17,116 nt of DNA from a candidate division WOR-3 bacterium (GTDB lineage Bacteria; Hydrothermota; Tepidihabitantia; SM23-42; JAOAFX01). Under the pieces are notes generated by a model. The model was not told the origin of the DNA and ran no database searches. It saw nothing but the letters and a program-made list of their open reading frames with translations. Position numbers and translations under genes: made by a program. Where the stretch lies: assembly GCA_037444665.1 (NCBI GenBank), contig JBBILZ010000050.1:1-17116 (forward strand), given 5' to 3'. This document shows, piece by piece, positions 1-8,164 of the stretch (within the stretch, counting starts at the first letter, position 1; each line of letters begins with the position of its first letter).

Positions 1-87
1 AACCCGTTCGGTCAGGTCATTTGCTGCCTTGCTCAGATAAGAAGGTGGAAAGTCTTCAAATCCTATTTCCAGTAAAAAATCAATCAT
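1..87 (-). CDS. glyS: Glycine--tRNA ligase beta subunit, N-terminal part (runs off the window edge; absent from the ORF track)
   Basis: Reverse complement from ATG at 87 reads [29 protein letters not shown], matching the GlyS N-terminal 'LLEIG.EE.P' motif. It overlaps the glyQ stop (ATGATTGA). Confidence 0.93.
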   Translation of the reverse strand, partial: MIDFLLEIGFEDFPPSYLSKAANDLTERV

Positions 88-943
88 TGTTTTCCTGTTT
101 ATTTATATAGAGTTGCGCTGCCTCTGATGTAAGTCCTCTTACCCGGGCAATCATCTTTGCCCTTTCCGAAACGCTTATCGTGCCCCTTGCTTCAATAAGA
201 TTGAAGATATGGGAACATTTTATCGCATAATCATACCCGGGTAGAAAAAGTCCTTTTTTAAATAGATTCTTTGCTTCATTTTCAAATTCATTGAACAGCA
301 ACAATAGTCTTTCCGGATTTGACTCTTCAAAATTGTAGCGCGAAAATTGTTGTTCATTCTCACGATATATATCGCCCCAGGTTAATTTGTCATTCCATTT
401 TAAATCAAATATTGATGATACACCCTGGATATTCATACAGATTCTTTCCAAACCATAGGTGATTTCAACCGGTATAACATCAAGGTCAATCCCGCCTGCT
501 TGTTGAAAATAGGTGAACTGGGTGATTTCTAAGCCATCAAGCCATACTTCCCAGCCAATGCCCCAGGCGCCGAGCGTGGGACTTTCCCAGTCATCTTCAA
601 CAAACCTGACCTCATGTTCTTTTAATTTAAAACCGATTGATTCAAGTGATTCAAGATAAATTTTTTGAATATCTTCGGGCGCTGGTTTCATAATTACCTG
701 AAATTGATAATATTGCTGAACGCGATTCGGATTTTCTGCGAACCGTCCGTCTCTGGGTCTTCGGCAGATCTCAACATATGCCACATTCCAGGGTTTCTTG
801 CCTAAGATTTTTAAAAATGTGGCAGGGTTAAATGTCCCGGCACCAACCTCAGAATTGTAGGGTTCAAAAATAAGACAGCCCTTTTCCTGCCAGTATTTTT
901 TTAAGTTCAAAATCAAATTTTCAAAGGTAGTGACCTTTTGCAT
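80..943 (-). CDS. glyQ: Glycine--tRNA ligase alpha subunit
   Basis: Motifs [61 protein letters not shown] and EITYGLERI. 287 aa, directly followed by glyS. Confidence 0.98.
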   Translation of the reverse strand: MQKVTTFENLILNLKKYWQEKGCLIFEPYNSEVGAGTFNPATFLKILGKKPWNVAYVEICRRPRDGRFAENPNRVQQYYQFQVIMKPAPEDIQKIYLESLESIGFKLKEHEVRFVEDDWESPTLGAWGIGWEVWLDGLEITQFTYFQQAGGIDLDVIPVEITYGLERICMNIQGVSSIFDLKWNDKLTWGDIYRENEQQFSRYNFEESNPERLLLLFNEFENEAKNLFKKGLFLPGYDYAIKCSHIFNLIEARGTISVSERAKMIARVRGLTSEAAQLYINKQENND

Positions 944-945
944 GT

Positions 946-1491
946 TTACAGACCCAATTCACTGCCGATTTTTTTCATTCCATCCAGACAGATTTGAATA
1001 AATTGTTCAAGTTCTAATCCAAGATTCTTACAGGCTGAAATCTGCTCCCGATTGGCGCCAGCCGCAAACCTTTTTTCTTTAAACCTGCGGATAACAAAGT
1101 CCGTATCAAGTGATTGTAATTTTTTATCAGGATGCATAAGGGCAGAAGCCACAATCAAACCAGTTAATGGGTCAGTAGCAAATAAAGCCCAATCTAATTT
1201 TGATTTTGGTGCAAAATGTCCGGCATGAACCTTGATTGCATAGATAATGTCCTGGGTAAGTCCTTCTTTTTCAAGGATTTCTGCGCCAATCAGACCATGG
1301 TGTGCCGGGTCATTAAGTGTCTCTTCGTAATCAATATCGTGCAATAGACCCGCCATACCCCAGGTCTCCTGGTCTTCACCAAAATGGCAAGCAAGTTCTT
1401 TTAAGCAGGATTCTGCAGCCAGACAATGCTTAAACAGATTTTTATTCTTTAATCTCCCTTTAAGTAAGTTTAGTGCCTGTTCTCTATTCAT
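946..1491 (-). CDS. HD/HDIG-domain metal-dependent phosphohydrolase (COG2316-like)
   Basis: Motifs [39 protein letters not shown] and FAAGANRE. The ATG at 1491 (MNREQA) is preferred over the track's GTG at 1509, which lies inside the predicted promoter. Confidence 0.85.
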   Translation of the reverse strand: MNREQALNLLKGRLKNKNLFKHCLAAESCLKELACHFGEDQETWGMAGLLHDIDYEETLNDPAHHGLIGAEILEKEGLTQDIIYAIKVHAGHFAPKSKLDWALFATDPLTGLIVASALMHPDKKLQSLDTDFVIRRFKEKRFAAGANREQISACKNLGLELEQFIQICLDGMKKIGSELGL

Positions 1492-1500
1492 AAATATTTT

Positions 1501-1528
1501 ATTATCCACATTTTTTTAAAAAAGTCAA
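1501..1528 (-). promoter_or_regulatory. Sigma70-type promoter for the HD-glyQ-glyS operon
   Basis: Minus strand: TTGACT (1528-1523), 16-nt spacer, GATAAT (1506-1501), then 9 nt to the ATG at 1491. Confidence 0.6.
1502..1510 (+). promoter_or_regulatory. Perfect DnaA box TTATCCACA
   Basis: Exact match to the high-affinity DnaA box in the intergenic region upstream of rpmH. Only one copy is seen. Confidence 0.5.
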
Positions 1529-1552
1529 GGGGGAGATGCTTGATGCCAGGCA

Positions 1553-1580
1553 TTGACTTTTTTCCATTTTTGCATATAAT
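1553..1580 (+). promoter_or_regulatory. Sigma70-type promoter for the rpmH operon (probably leaderless)
   Basis: TTGACT (1553-1558), 16-nt spacer, TATAAT (1575-1580), then 5 nt to the ATG at 1586. No SD sequence. Confidence 0.75.
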
Positions 1581-1585
1581 TAATT

Positions 1586-1726
1586 ATGAAACGAACTTAT
1601 CAGCCGAGTAGAAGGAAGAGAGTAAAGACCCATGGCTTCAAGGCACGGATGAAGACCAGGGGTGGCAGAAAGGTTTTAAGCCGAAGAAGAAAAAAAGGTC
1701 GCAAACGCCTGGTTGTCGGAAAATAA
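1586..1726 (+). CDS. rpmH: 50S ribosomal protein L34 (46 aa; missed by the ORF track)
   Basis: Translates to [46 protein letters not shown], in its canonical position before rnpA. Confidence 0.99.
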   Translation: MKRTYQPSRRKRVKTHGFKARMKTRGGRKVLSRRRKKGRKRLVVGK

Positions 1727-1728
1727 CC

Positions 1729-2073
1729 TTGTCCGAAAACAGGGTTAGGTTTGGTCTTAAAAAGAATGAGATAATTCGTAATAAAAAAGAGATTAGAAAT
1801 TTATTATCAACTGGAAAAAGGTTTACCTGTGATAATTTAGTTATAATTTACAAACCTGCCAGCGAGCCTAAGATTGGTTTTTTTGCCTCCGGGAAAATCA
1901 GGAGCGCAGTAAAACGGAACCGGGTGAAAAGAATTTTAAGGGAGGCATATCGCATGAATAAGGAAATATTTAAGGGTTTGAATATAATTTTTTATGCATA
2001 TAATGTACTTGATGCTGAACGAATTCTGAATTGCTTTCAAGCATTCAGAAAGGAGTATATCAATGGTAGATAA
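1729..2073 (+). CDS. rnpA: Ribonuclease P protein component
   Basis: RNR motif [17 protein letters not shown]. Lies between rpmH and yidD. TTG start. Confidence 0.93.
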   Translation: MSENRVRFGLKKNEIIRNKKEIRNLLSTGKRFTCDNLVIIYKPASEPKIGFFASGKIRSAVKRNRVKRILREAYRMNKEIFKGLNIIFYAYNVLDAERILNCFQAFRKEYINGR

Positions 2074-2335
2074 TTTATCAAGCATCAGGCAATTTAAATT
2101 TGTTAAAATTCTAATCTTTTTGATTAAGGTCTATCAGCGAACCATAGGCGTGTTACTTCCCGACTCCTGTCGTTTTACTCCAACCTGTTCTGAATATACT
2201 ATTGAGGCTTTGAACCAGCATGGAATCTTAAAGGGTGGGATAATGAGTTTTTTTAGAATCTTAAGATGTAATCCATTTCTACCCGGTGGTTATGACCCGG
2301 TCGTCTCATCTAAAAGGATAAAAGATAATGGGTAA
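2063..2335 (+). CDS. yidD: Membrane protein insertion efficiency factor YidD
   Basis: Motifs [14 protein letters not shown] and [14 protein letters not shown]; conserved synteny. Confidence 0.96.
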   Translation: MVDNLSSIRQFKFVKILIFLIKVYQRTIGVLLPDSCRFTPTCSEYTIEALNQHGILKGGIMSFFRILRCNPFLPGGYDPVVSSKRIKDNG

Positions 2336-3824
2336 TGACCAAAAACGAACATTAATTGCTTTCTTGCTAATTATTGTCATCCTTCTTTTGTGGAGTTATA
2401 TGGCTAAGCCACCAGGTAAAAAAACCACAACACAAAAAGAGATAGAGAAAATTGATACAACTAAAATGCAGCCTCAGAATATGGATTATGAACACGCAGT
2501 TGGTGACACAATAGTTGTTGACCGGAAATTCTATAAAATTGTATTTTCAACTGCTGGTGCGGGTATCAAAAAATTATATATAAAAGAATACGATGTTGAC
2601 TTAGTTCCAGAGTCTGGTATATTATGTGTGACAAAATTATTTGATTCTATTCCTGATTTTAATTATAAACTATATGACGATTCAATTGTTTTTACACGGG
2701 AAATAGATAACAAAAGATTCACCAAAATTTATCAGTTCAGTGAAACATCCGGGTTTATATTGCGCACTGATTATCCTCAATCCATTAAACAGATTTTGAG
2801 TTTTAAAGCAGGGCTTGGAATCACTGAAAAGAAGAACAGATCTGATGACCTCAGGCACTTCAATGTCTTTGTGCGAACAAATAAATTGCAGAATATCACC
2901 AAAAACATTAAAGAACAATTTATATATAAAGAAGACTGGCAATGGCTTGCTTTAAGAAGCAAATATTTTGTGTTAATTATCAATAATTTGGGGACAAAAG
3001 GTTATACTGAATTCAATAGAATTGCCCAGGCAATAGATTATCAGACAATCAACTATGCCTATTTAGGGTGTGCAATGGGTGGTAATACAAATCGTTATGG
3101 AGTTGAAATTTTTGCTGATTATAATGTTAATTTTTTGGTATTGTTTTTGCCTATAAAGCATTCAGAACTGGCTAAATACAATAAAGGTTATGAACAGATT
3201 ACCAGTGGTGGAATCTGGGGACCAATTGAACGTGTAATTATCCTGATTTTGAATTTCTTTTATTCAGTGGTAAAAAATTATGGATTTGCAATTATAATCT
3301 TTGCGCTATTGTTCAAAATTATTTTCTTCCCTCTGTCACGACAGATGCTGATTTCCCAACAGAAGATGCAAATGGTCCAGCCAGAACTGAAGAAAATACA
3401 GGACAAATACAAAAATGACCCACAGGCATTAAATCGTGAAATGATGCATCTCTATAAGACCTATAAGGTTAATCCATTTTCTGGTTGTTTGCCATTATTG
3501 ATACAATTCCCCATTTTTATTGCACTGTATCAGGTGCTTTCAACATCTTTTGAATTTCGTGGTGCCCCTTTTATTTTATGGATTAAAGACCTATCAGTTA
3601 AAGACCCCTATTATATTTTACCCATTGCAATGGGTGTATTGATGCTTTTGCAATCCTTGATGACGACCGTTGACCCACGCCAGAGATTTATGGTCATTAT
3701 GATGCCCCTGGTAATGATTTTTGTATTTTTAAATTTTCCATCAGGGCTGCAGTTATACTGGTTTACATATAATTTGTTATCAATCTTAGAACAATTTATG
3801 ATAAAAAAGAAAATTTTGAGTTAG
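2328..3824 (+). CDS. yidC: Membrane protein insertase YidC (with periplasmic domain)
   Basis: N-terminal TM segment, large soluble domain, then [58 protein letters not shown] and PSGLQLYW. Confidence 0.97.
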   Translation: MGNDQKRTLIAFLLIIVILLLWSYMAKPPGKKTTTQKEIEKIDTTKMQPQNMDYEHAVGDTIVVDRKFYKIVFSTAGAGIKKLYIKEYDVDLVPESGILCVTKLFDSIPDFNYKLYDDSIVFTREIDNKRFTKIYQFSETSGFILRTDYPQSIKQILSFKAGLGITEKKNRSDDLRHFNVFVRTNKLQNITKNIKEQFIYKEDWQWLALRSKYFVLIINNLGTKGYTEFNRIAQAIDYQTINYAYLGCAMGGNTNRYGVEIFADYNVNFLVLFLPIKHSELAKYNKGYEQITSGGIWGPIERVIILILNFFYSVVKNYGFAIIIFALLFKIIFFPLSRQMLISQQKMQMVQPELKKIQDKYKNDPQALNREMMHLYKTYKVNPFSGCLPLLIQFPIFIALYQVLSTSFEFRGAPFILWIKDLSVKDPYYILPIAMGVLMLLQSLMTTVDPRQRFMVIMMPLVMIFVFLNFPSGLQLYWFTYNLLSILEQFMIKKKILS

Positions 3825-3841
3825 CTTTTGTCAGTTGAACC

Positions 3842-3868
3842 ATACCGCCTTTATAGGCTGGTATTTTT
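3842..3868 (+). terminator. Possible intrinsic terminator or attenuator hairpin between yidC and jag
   Basis: ATACC-GCCT-ttat-AGGC-t-GGTAT forms a stem with one bulge and is followed by TTTT. Confidence 0.45.
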
Positions 3869-3883
3869 GGTTAAATAAATAAG

Positions 3884-3890
3884 AGGAGGT
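3884..3890 (+). promoter_or_regulatory. Shine-Dalgarno sequence AGGAGGT for jag
   Basis: aagAGGAGGTataATG (start at 3894). Confidence 0.7.
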
Positions 3891-3893
3891 ATA

Positions 3894-4508
3894 ATGAAAA
3901 CGATTGAGGCAATCGGAAAAGACCTGAATGATGCGATCGCTCAGGGAATAAAAATATTAGGCGTTACCCAGGATGAGGTAACCTATGAAATTCTTTCTCA
4001 AAATGAGTCAGAAACCAAGGTCAAAATAACAATAAAAGAGCCTCGTCAGTATTTGCAAATTCTAACTAATTATCTCCTGAACAGTATGGGATTTAAAGCG
4101 AATATCAGTGTGAACAAAGATGAACAAGGGTTTAATATAAATATCAGGACCAGACATCCTGACGCATTATTGATTGGTAAAAATGGTGAAAATCTCTGGG
4201 CATTTCAATATATCATATCAAGGCTTACGAGGAGATTCTATTCCAATATTAAGGTATTGGTTGATGTTAACAGTTATCGCCAGCATCGTACCAACTTTTT
4301 AAGAAAAAAAGCAGAGGCGATAGCCCGGATTGTTCTCCAGACAGGTCGTGAAATGGCTCTGGATCCGATGACACCCCGCGAAGAGAGAATTGTTGCCGGC
4401 AAAATAAATGAGCTGAAAGGTGTTAAGTTATATGTTGTTGGTCGTGGTGGAAATAGGACAGTAATAATTGCTCCAGCCAATGAAAAAAGAGAAGAAGATA
4501 AAGATTAA
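3894..4508 (+). CDS. jag: Jag/KhpB/EloR RNA-binding protein (Jag_N, KH and degenerate R3H domains)
   Basis: Jag_N MKTIEAIGKDLNDAI; KH motif LLIGKNGENLWAFQYI; VDVNSYR; R3H-like LDPMTPREERIVA. Lies between yidC and mnmE. Confidence 0.9.
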   Translation: MKTIEAIGKDLNDAIAQGIKILGVTQDEVTYEILSQNESETKVKITIKEPRQYLQILTNYLLNSMGFKANISVNKDEQGFNINIRTRHPDALLIGKNGENLWAFQYIISRLTRRFYSNIKVLVDVNSYRQHRTNFLRKKAEAIARIVLQTGREMALDPMTPREERIVAGKINELKGVKLYVVGRGGNRTVIIAPANEKREEDKD

Positions 4509-4513
4509 AAAAT

Positions 4514-5854
4514 GTGATTGATACAATTGTTGCCTGTGCTACACCCACAGGTTATTCAAGTATTGCCGTAATTAGAATCAGCGGTGATGAAGCAATTAAT
4601 ATTGTAAGAAGGGTATTTGTTTCCGCACAAAATATTTCTGTATTTCTTTCGGGAAATATCTATTATGGCAAAATAGTTGATCCATCAAATCAAGATGTAA
4701 TTGATTATGTTCTGACCAGCATTTTTTTTGCACCAAATTCATACACTGGAGAAAATATAGTTGAAATTTCCTGTCACGGAAATCCCCTGATTGTTGACCG
4801 CATTATTAAAATATTATTAACTGAAGGGGCAAGGATGGCGCAGCCAGGGGAGTTTACAAAGCGGGCATTTTTAAATAACAAAATAGATTTAATACAGGTA
4901 GAAGCCATCCTGGATACAATTTATGCACAATGCGATATGACGCGAAAACTTGCCATCTATCAACTGGAAGGTAAACTATCAAGTTTTCTTGAAGAATTGA
5001 AACTACGCATTGTTTCTCTTTTGACTATGGTGGAAGCAAATATTGATTTTCCTGAGGAAGAAGATGTATGTTTAGATTTAAACAAAATCTCAGCAGAAAT
5101 CAATGATATCCAGAAAATCTTGCAGACATTATTAGATGGTGCTGAACAGGGTATAAAATTGAAGCAGGGTTATCTTGTTGTTATCGCAGGACGTCCAAAT
5201 GTCGGCAAATCAACACTATTTAATACATTGGTTGGTTATGAAAGGGCAATTGTTCACGAAACACCAGGCACAACAAGAGACTATATTGAAGAAGAAGTAG
5301 AGATAGAAGGAATTTTAATTAGATTGATTGATACTGCCGGAATTTTTTTGAATGGTCAGGGTCCGGATAATATTGCCAGCAAAAGGAGTGAGGAACTCTT
5401 CAAAAATGCTGATTTAATACTACAAGTTTTTGATGGAGCAGAACCATTAAATGAGCAGGACACATATCTTTGCAATCTTATTAAGGATTACAAGAAAATT
5501 TTTGTCATTAATAAAATTGATTTGAATATTGCATTAAAGGAGAGCGATGCATTGAATGATGCAATAAAAATTTCAGCAAAAAATGGAGAAAATATTGATA
5601 AATTAAAAATAGCCATTAAAGAAAATCTTTTTCCCCGGAAAAGTGATGAAGACATTTTGCTTATGCGCAGGCGCCATATTGAAGCAGTAAAAGATTTAAA
5701 TAATATTTTTTCAAAAATTAGCGTATCACAACCCATAGAAACCATTGCCTTTGAATTACACAATGCCCTTGATATTATCGGCTCACTTACGGGAAAAATT
5801 TTGCGGGAAGATATTCTGAATAAAATTTTTGAAGAATTTTGTATTGGGAAATAA
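4514..5854 (+). CDS. mnmE: tRNA uridine-5-carboxymethylaminomethyl(34) synthesis GTPase MnmE
   Basis: Motifs DTIVACATP, APNSYTGEN.VEISCHG, PGEFTKRAFLN, G1 GRPNVGKS, GTTRD, DTAG, NKID and C-terminal FCIGK. Confidence 0.98.
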   Translation: MIDTIVACATPTGYSSIAVIRISGDEAINIVRRVFVSAQNISVFLSGNIYYGKIVDPSNQDVIDYVLTSIFFAPNSYTGENIVEISCHGNPLIVDRIIKILLTEGARMAQPGEFTKRAFLNNKIDLIQVEAILDTIYAQCDMTRKLAIYQLEGKLSSFLEELKLRIVSLLTMVEANIDFPEEEDVCLDLNKISAEINDIQKILQTLLDGAEQGIKLKQGYLVVIAGRPNVGKSTLFNTLVGYERAIVHETPGTTRDYIEEEVEIEGILIRLIDTAGIFLNGQGPDNIASKRSEELFKNADLILQVFDGAEPLNEQDTYLCNLIKDYKKIFVINKIDLNIALKESDALNDAIKISAKNGENIDKLKIAIKENLFPRKSDEDILLMRRRHIEAVKDLNNIFSKISVSQPIETIAFELHNALDIIGSLTGKILREDILNKIFEEFCIGK

Positions 5855-7321
5855 TTATTTTTTGATGACAGTTGCTCCTGGTTGCAAGGTAATTTGCCAT
5901 AAATCATATAGGGAAGTGCTGTCAAATTCTGCTACTTTAAAAAGATAGATTTCATAAATTTGTTTTTTGTTTCTTAATGTATTAAAAAGGTCCTTGTAGT
6001 AAACAGGCGCATCAATAAATTCAATGGAGTCAATTTTACTGGCTTTTGGTATAAGTGATGCAACCCTGCTTTCAAATTCTTCAAATACTGTAGAATAGAT
6101 AAACAAAATATGCTTTTGTCCAATAAATAGATTCTGGTCTATTTTTATAAATTCACGATTTTTCAAAAATTTGTTATTTAGCAATTTTGGTGGTAGGGAA
6201 GTGGTTGGTTGCAAAATTTTGCCGTTGAGATAAAAAACAATATTAGGTGGTACTAATGTTAGTATATAATTTGTTTTATATCTCTCGCACACGGTATCAA
6301 CTTTGCTGCTGATAAGGGGTGGAACATTTGAATGGTAGGTCAAAGTATTGAATCCTATAATGATATTAACCGAAAATATTAATCCTAATATAAAATATCG
6401 CATTTTTTTGAATTGGGATAAATATCGGGCAGCGAAGATTGATAATAATGGTATCAATGGTAGGGCAAGCCGAAAGTAAGGATAATAAAACCCTAAAGCA
6501 AAAAATAATATCAAGATTATCGTTAAAACAAAATAATCAATTTTAGTTTTTATACGATAAAGGATTGCAGAGATGAAAATCAAAGGTGAAAAACGAATCA
6601 GGTAAAATAAAAATTTTAAATGGTTGATTCCTAATAGTTTTCCGTGTCGTTGTGTTATTCCTGTAATAGAAATAATTTTCACAAAAATAAAAAAATAGGG
6701 GAGAAGGAGTAGAATGGGGATAATGATAGTAAAGATGTACCAAAATCTATTTATCTCCTTGTATCTGCGGATGCCAATAAATAAATAGATTAGAAAAAGA
6801 ATAGGGCCACTGTATTTTGTGTAACAGGCAAGAAGTGTAAATATACCGCAATATATATAATACATCTTCTGATTTTTTTGGATGCCCTGATAAAAGAAAT
6901 AAATGGATGCAATAAAAAATAAGAGAAAGGTAGCATCACTGAGCCCGGATTTTGAAAAGAAAATAAAGTATTCAGTAGAGATAAAGAGTATTGAGGCAAA
7001 CAATCCGGTAGTCTCGTTGTATAATTCTTTTGCCAGAAGAAAAGTTATGCACACTGCTATTGCTGAACAGATTATGGAAATAAAAGGTAGTATCCAATCC
7101 CTGTAGCCAAATATTTTAAATAGGCTGGCAATAATTACCTGATATAATGGAGGGGTCTGGAAATTAAATGGTTTGCCTTCAGACCCTGCACTTGCCAGCC
7201 ATTTTGACTGGAGCGCAAATGCTCCTTCGTCCCAATCTATGAGACTGAGATTTTTGAGATTAACTACATTGAGAAGAATTGTTATTACAACAATTAAAAA
7301 GACAAAATAAGAATTTTTCAT
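5855..7321 (-). CDS. Polytopic GT-C glycosyltransferase, ArnT/PMT-like (GT83/GT39)
   Basis: N-terminal TM segment followed by DWDEGAFA, TPPLY, SDATFLLF, LACYTKYSG and RLALPLIPLLSI; many TM segments; soluble C-terminal domain. Confidence 0.85.
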   Translation of the reverse strand: MKNSYFVFLIVVITILLNVVNLKNLSLIDWDEGAFALQSKWLASAGSEGKPFNFQTPPLYQVIIASLFKIFGYRDWILPFISIICSAIAVCITFLLAKELYNETTGLFASILFISTEYFIFFSKSGLSDATFLLFFIASIYFFYQGIQKNQKMYYIYCGIFTLLACYTKYSGPILFLIYLFIGIRRYKEINRFWYIFTIIIPILLLLPYFFIFVKIISITGITQRHGKLLGINHLKFLFYLIRFSPLIFISAILYRIKTKIDYFVLTIILILFFALGFYYPYFRLALPLIPLLSIFAARYLSQFKKMRYFILGLIFSVNIIIGFNTLTYHSNVPPLISSKVDTVCERYKTNYILTLVPPNIVFYLNGKILQPTTSLPPKLLNNKFLKNREFIKIDQNLFIGQKHILFIYSTVFEEFESRVASLIPKASKIDSIEFIDAPVYYKDLFNTLRNKKQIYEIYLFKVAEFDSTSLYDLWQITLQPGATVIKK

Positions 7322-7327
7322 CCTCCA

Positions 7328-7672
7328 TTATTCCTCACGCCAGAAGAGTATCCGTCCACAATTCGGACAGCAAACAATTTCATTGCTTTTGGTCAGCATC
7401 TCAGTGGGTAATTGCTGGAAACAACCGAAGCAAAATCCATTTTTTACTTCGGCTATCGCAAGTGGATAACGTTTTTTTAGACGTTCGTATGTTTCCGCAT
7501 ATTCTCTGGGAATTTCTTTTAGCAGACTTGCCCGCTCTTTTTTTAGACTCATTAAACCTACTTCTTCATCAATCTTAAAACCAATCTTTTTATCTGCTTC
7601 TTTGTCTGTAATTAAATTGTCCAGATCAAAAAGTCTTTTCAGCAAACGCATAATGTCTATTTCTTTTGGCAT
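7328..7672 (-). CDS. Short C4-type zinc-ribbon protein (DUF164/CT398/HP0958-like C-terminal domain)
   Basis: YERLKKRYPLAIAEVKNGFCFGCFQQLP...IVCCPNCGRILF, with CxxC...CxxC. Confidence 0.85.
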   Translation of the reverse strand: MPKEIDIMRLLKRLFDLDNLITDKEADKKIGFKIDEEVGLMSLKKERASLLKEIPREYAETYERLKKRYPLAIAEVKNGFCFGCFQQLPTEMLTKSNEIVCCPNCGRILFWREE

Positions 7673-7674
7673 AA

Positions 7675-8142
7675 TTACCTCTTTTTTGACATTCCTTTTT
7701 CAATCTCATTTATTTTTGTTATAAATTCATCAGGCGTATTGATTTTGCTGACCAAGTTTGCCCTGGTTATTTCTTTTGCAATCTGAACAATCTTTCCCAG
7801 GGTTATTAAGTATTGATTTCCTGGGTCCTGCGGCGGTGCGATAATCAAGAAAAACAGGTTCACAGGTTTTTTATCAATGGCATTGAAATCAACAGGCTTT
7901 ACAGTCCTGCCTACCGCAATCTCCAATTTACTAACCGCAAGTGACCGACAATGGGGAATGGCAATGCCTTTACCAATACCCGTAGAACCAAGTTCTTCCC
8001 TTTTAAGCAGAGTTGTGTATATTAGTTCAGCATCGGTTTTACTTTTTATCATATAAACAAGGTCTTTTAAAACCTCTTCTTTTTTTGTGGACTTTAATTC
8101 CAGATTTATTCTTTCTCTGGATAAAAGACTCGCAAGATTCAT
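7675..8142 (-). CDS. Stand-alone PTS EIIA of the Fru/Mtl/Ntr family (PtsN-like)
   Basis: REELGSTGIGKGIAIPHCR (phosphorylatable His), VDFNAIDKKPVNLFFLI. Strong SD AAAGGAGGT at 8154-8146. Confidence 0.92.
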   Translation of the reverse strand: MNLASLLSRERINLELKSTKKEEVLKDLVYMIKSKTDAELIYTTLLKREELGSTGIGKGIAIPHCRSLAVSKLEIAVGRTVKPVDFNAIDKKPVNLFFLIIAPPQDPGNQYLITLGKIVQIAKEITRANLVSKINTPDEFITKINEIEKGMSKKR

Positions 8143-8164
8143 TTAACCTCCTTTAAATGCACCA

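Noticed and set aside
1492..1585. Replication origin (oriC) upstream of rpmH
   Set aside because: Only one DnaA box in 94 bp, no dnaA/dnaN adjacent, and the space is filled by two promoters.
5855..7321. AT-richness of the glycosyltransferase gene as a sign of horizontal transfer
   Set aside because: Explained adequately by Ile/Phe/Leu/Tyr-rich TM segments in an AT-rich genome. No mobility signatures flank it, and composition was not computed.
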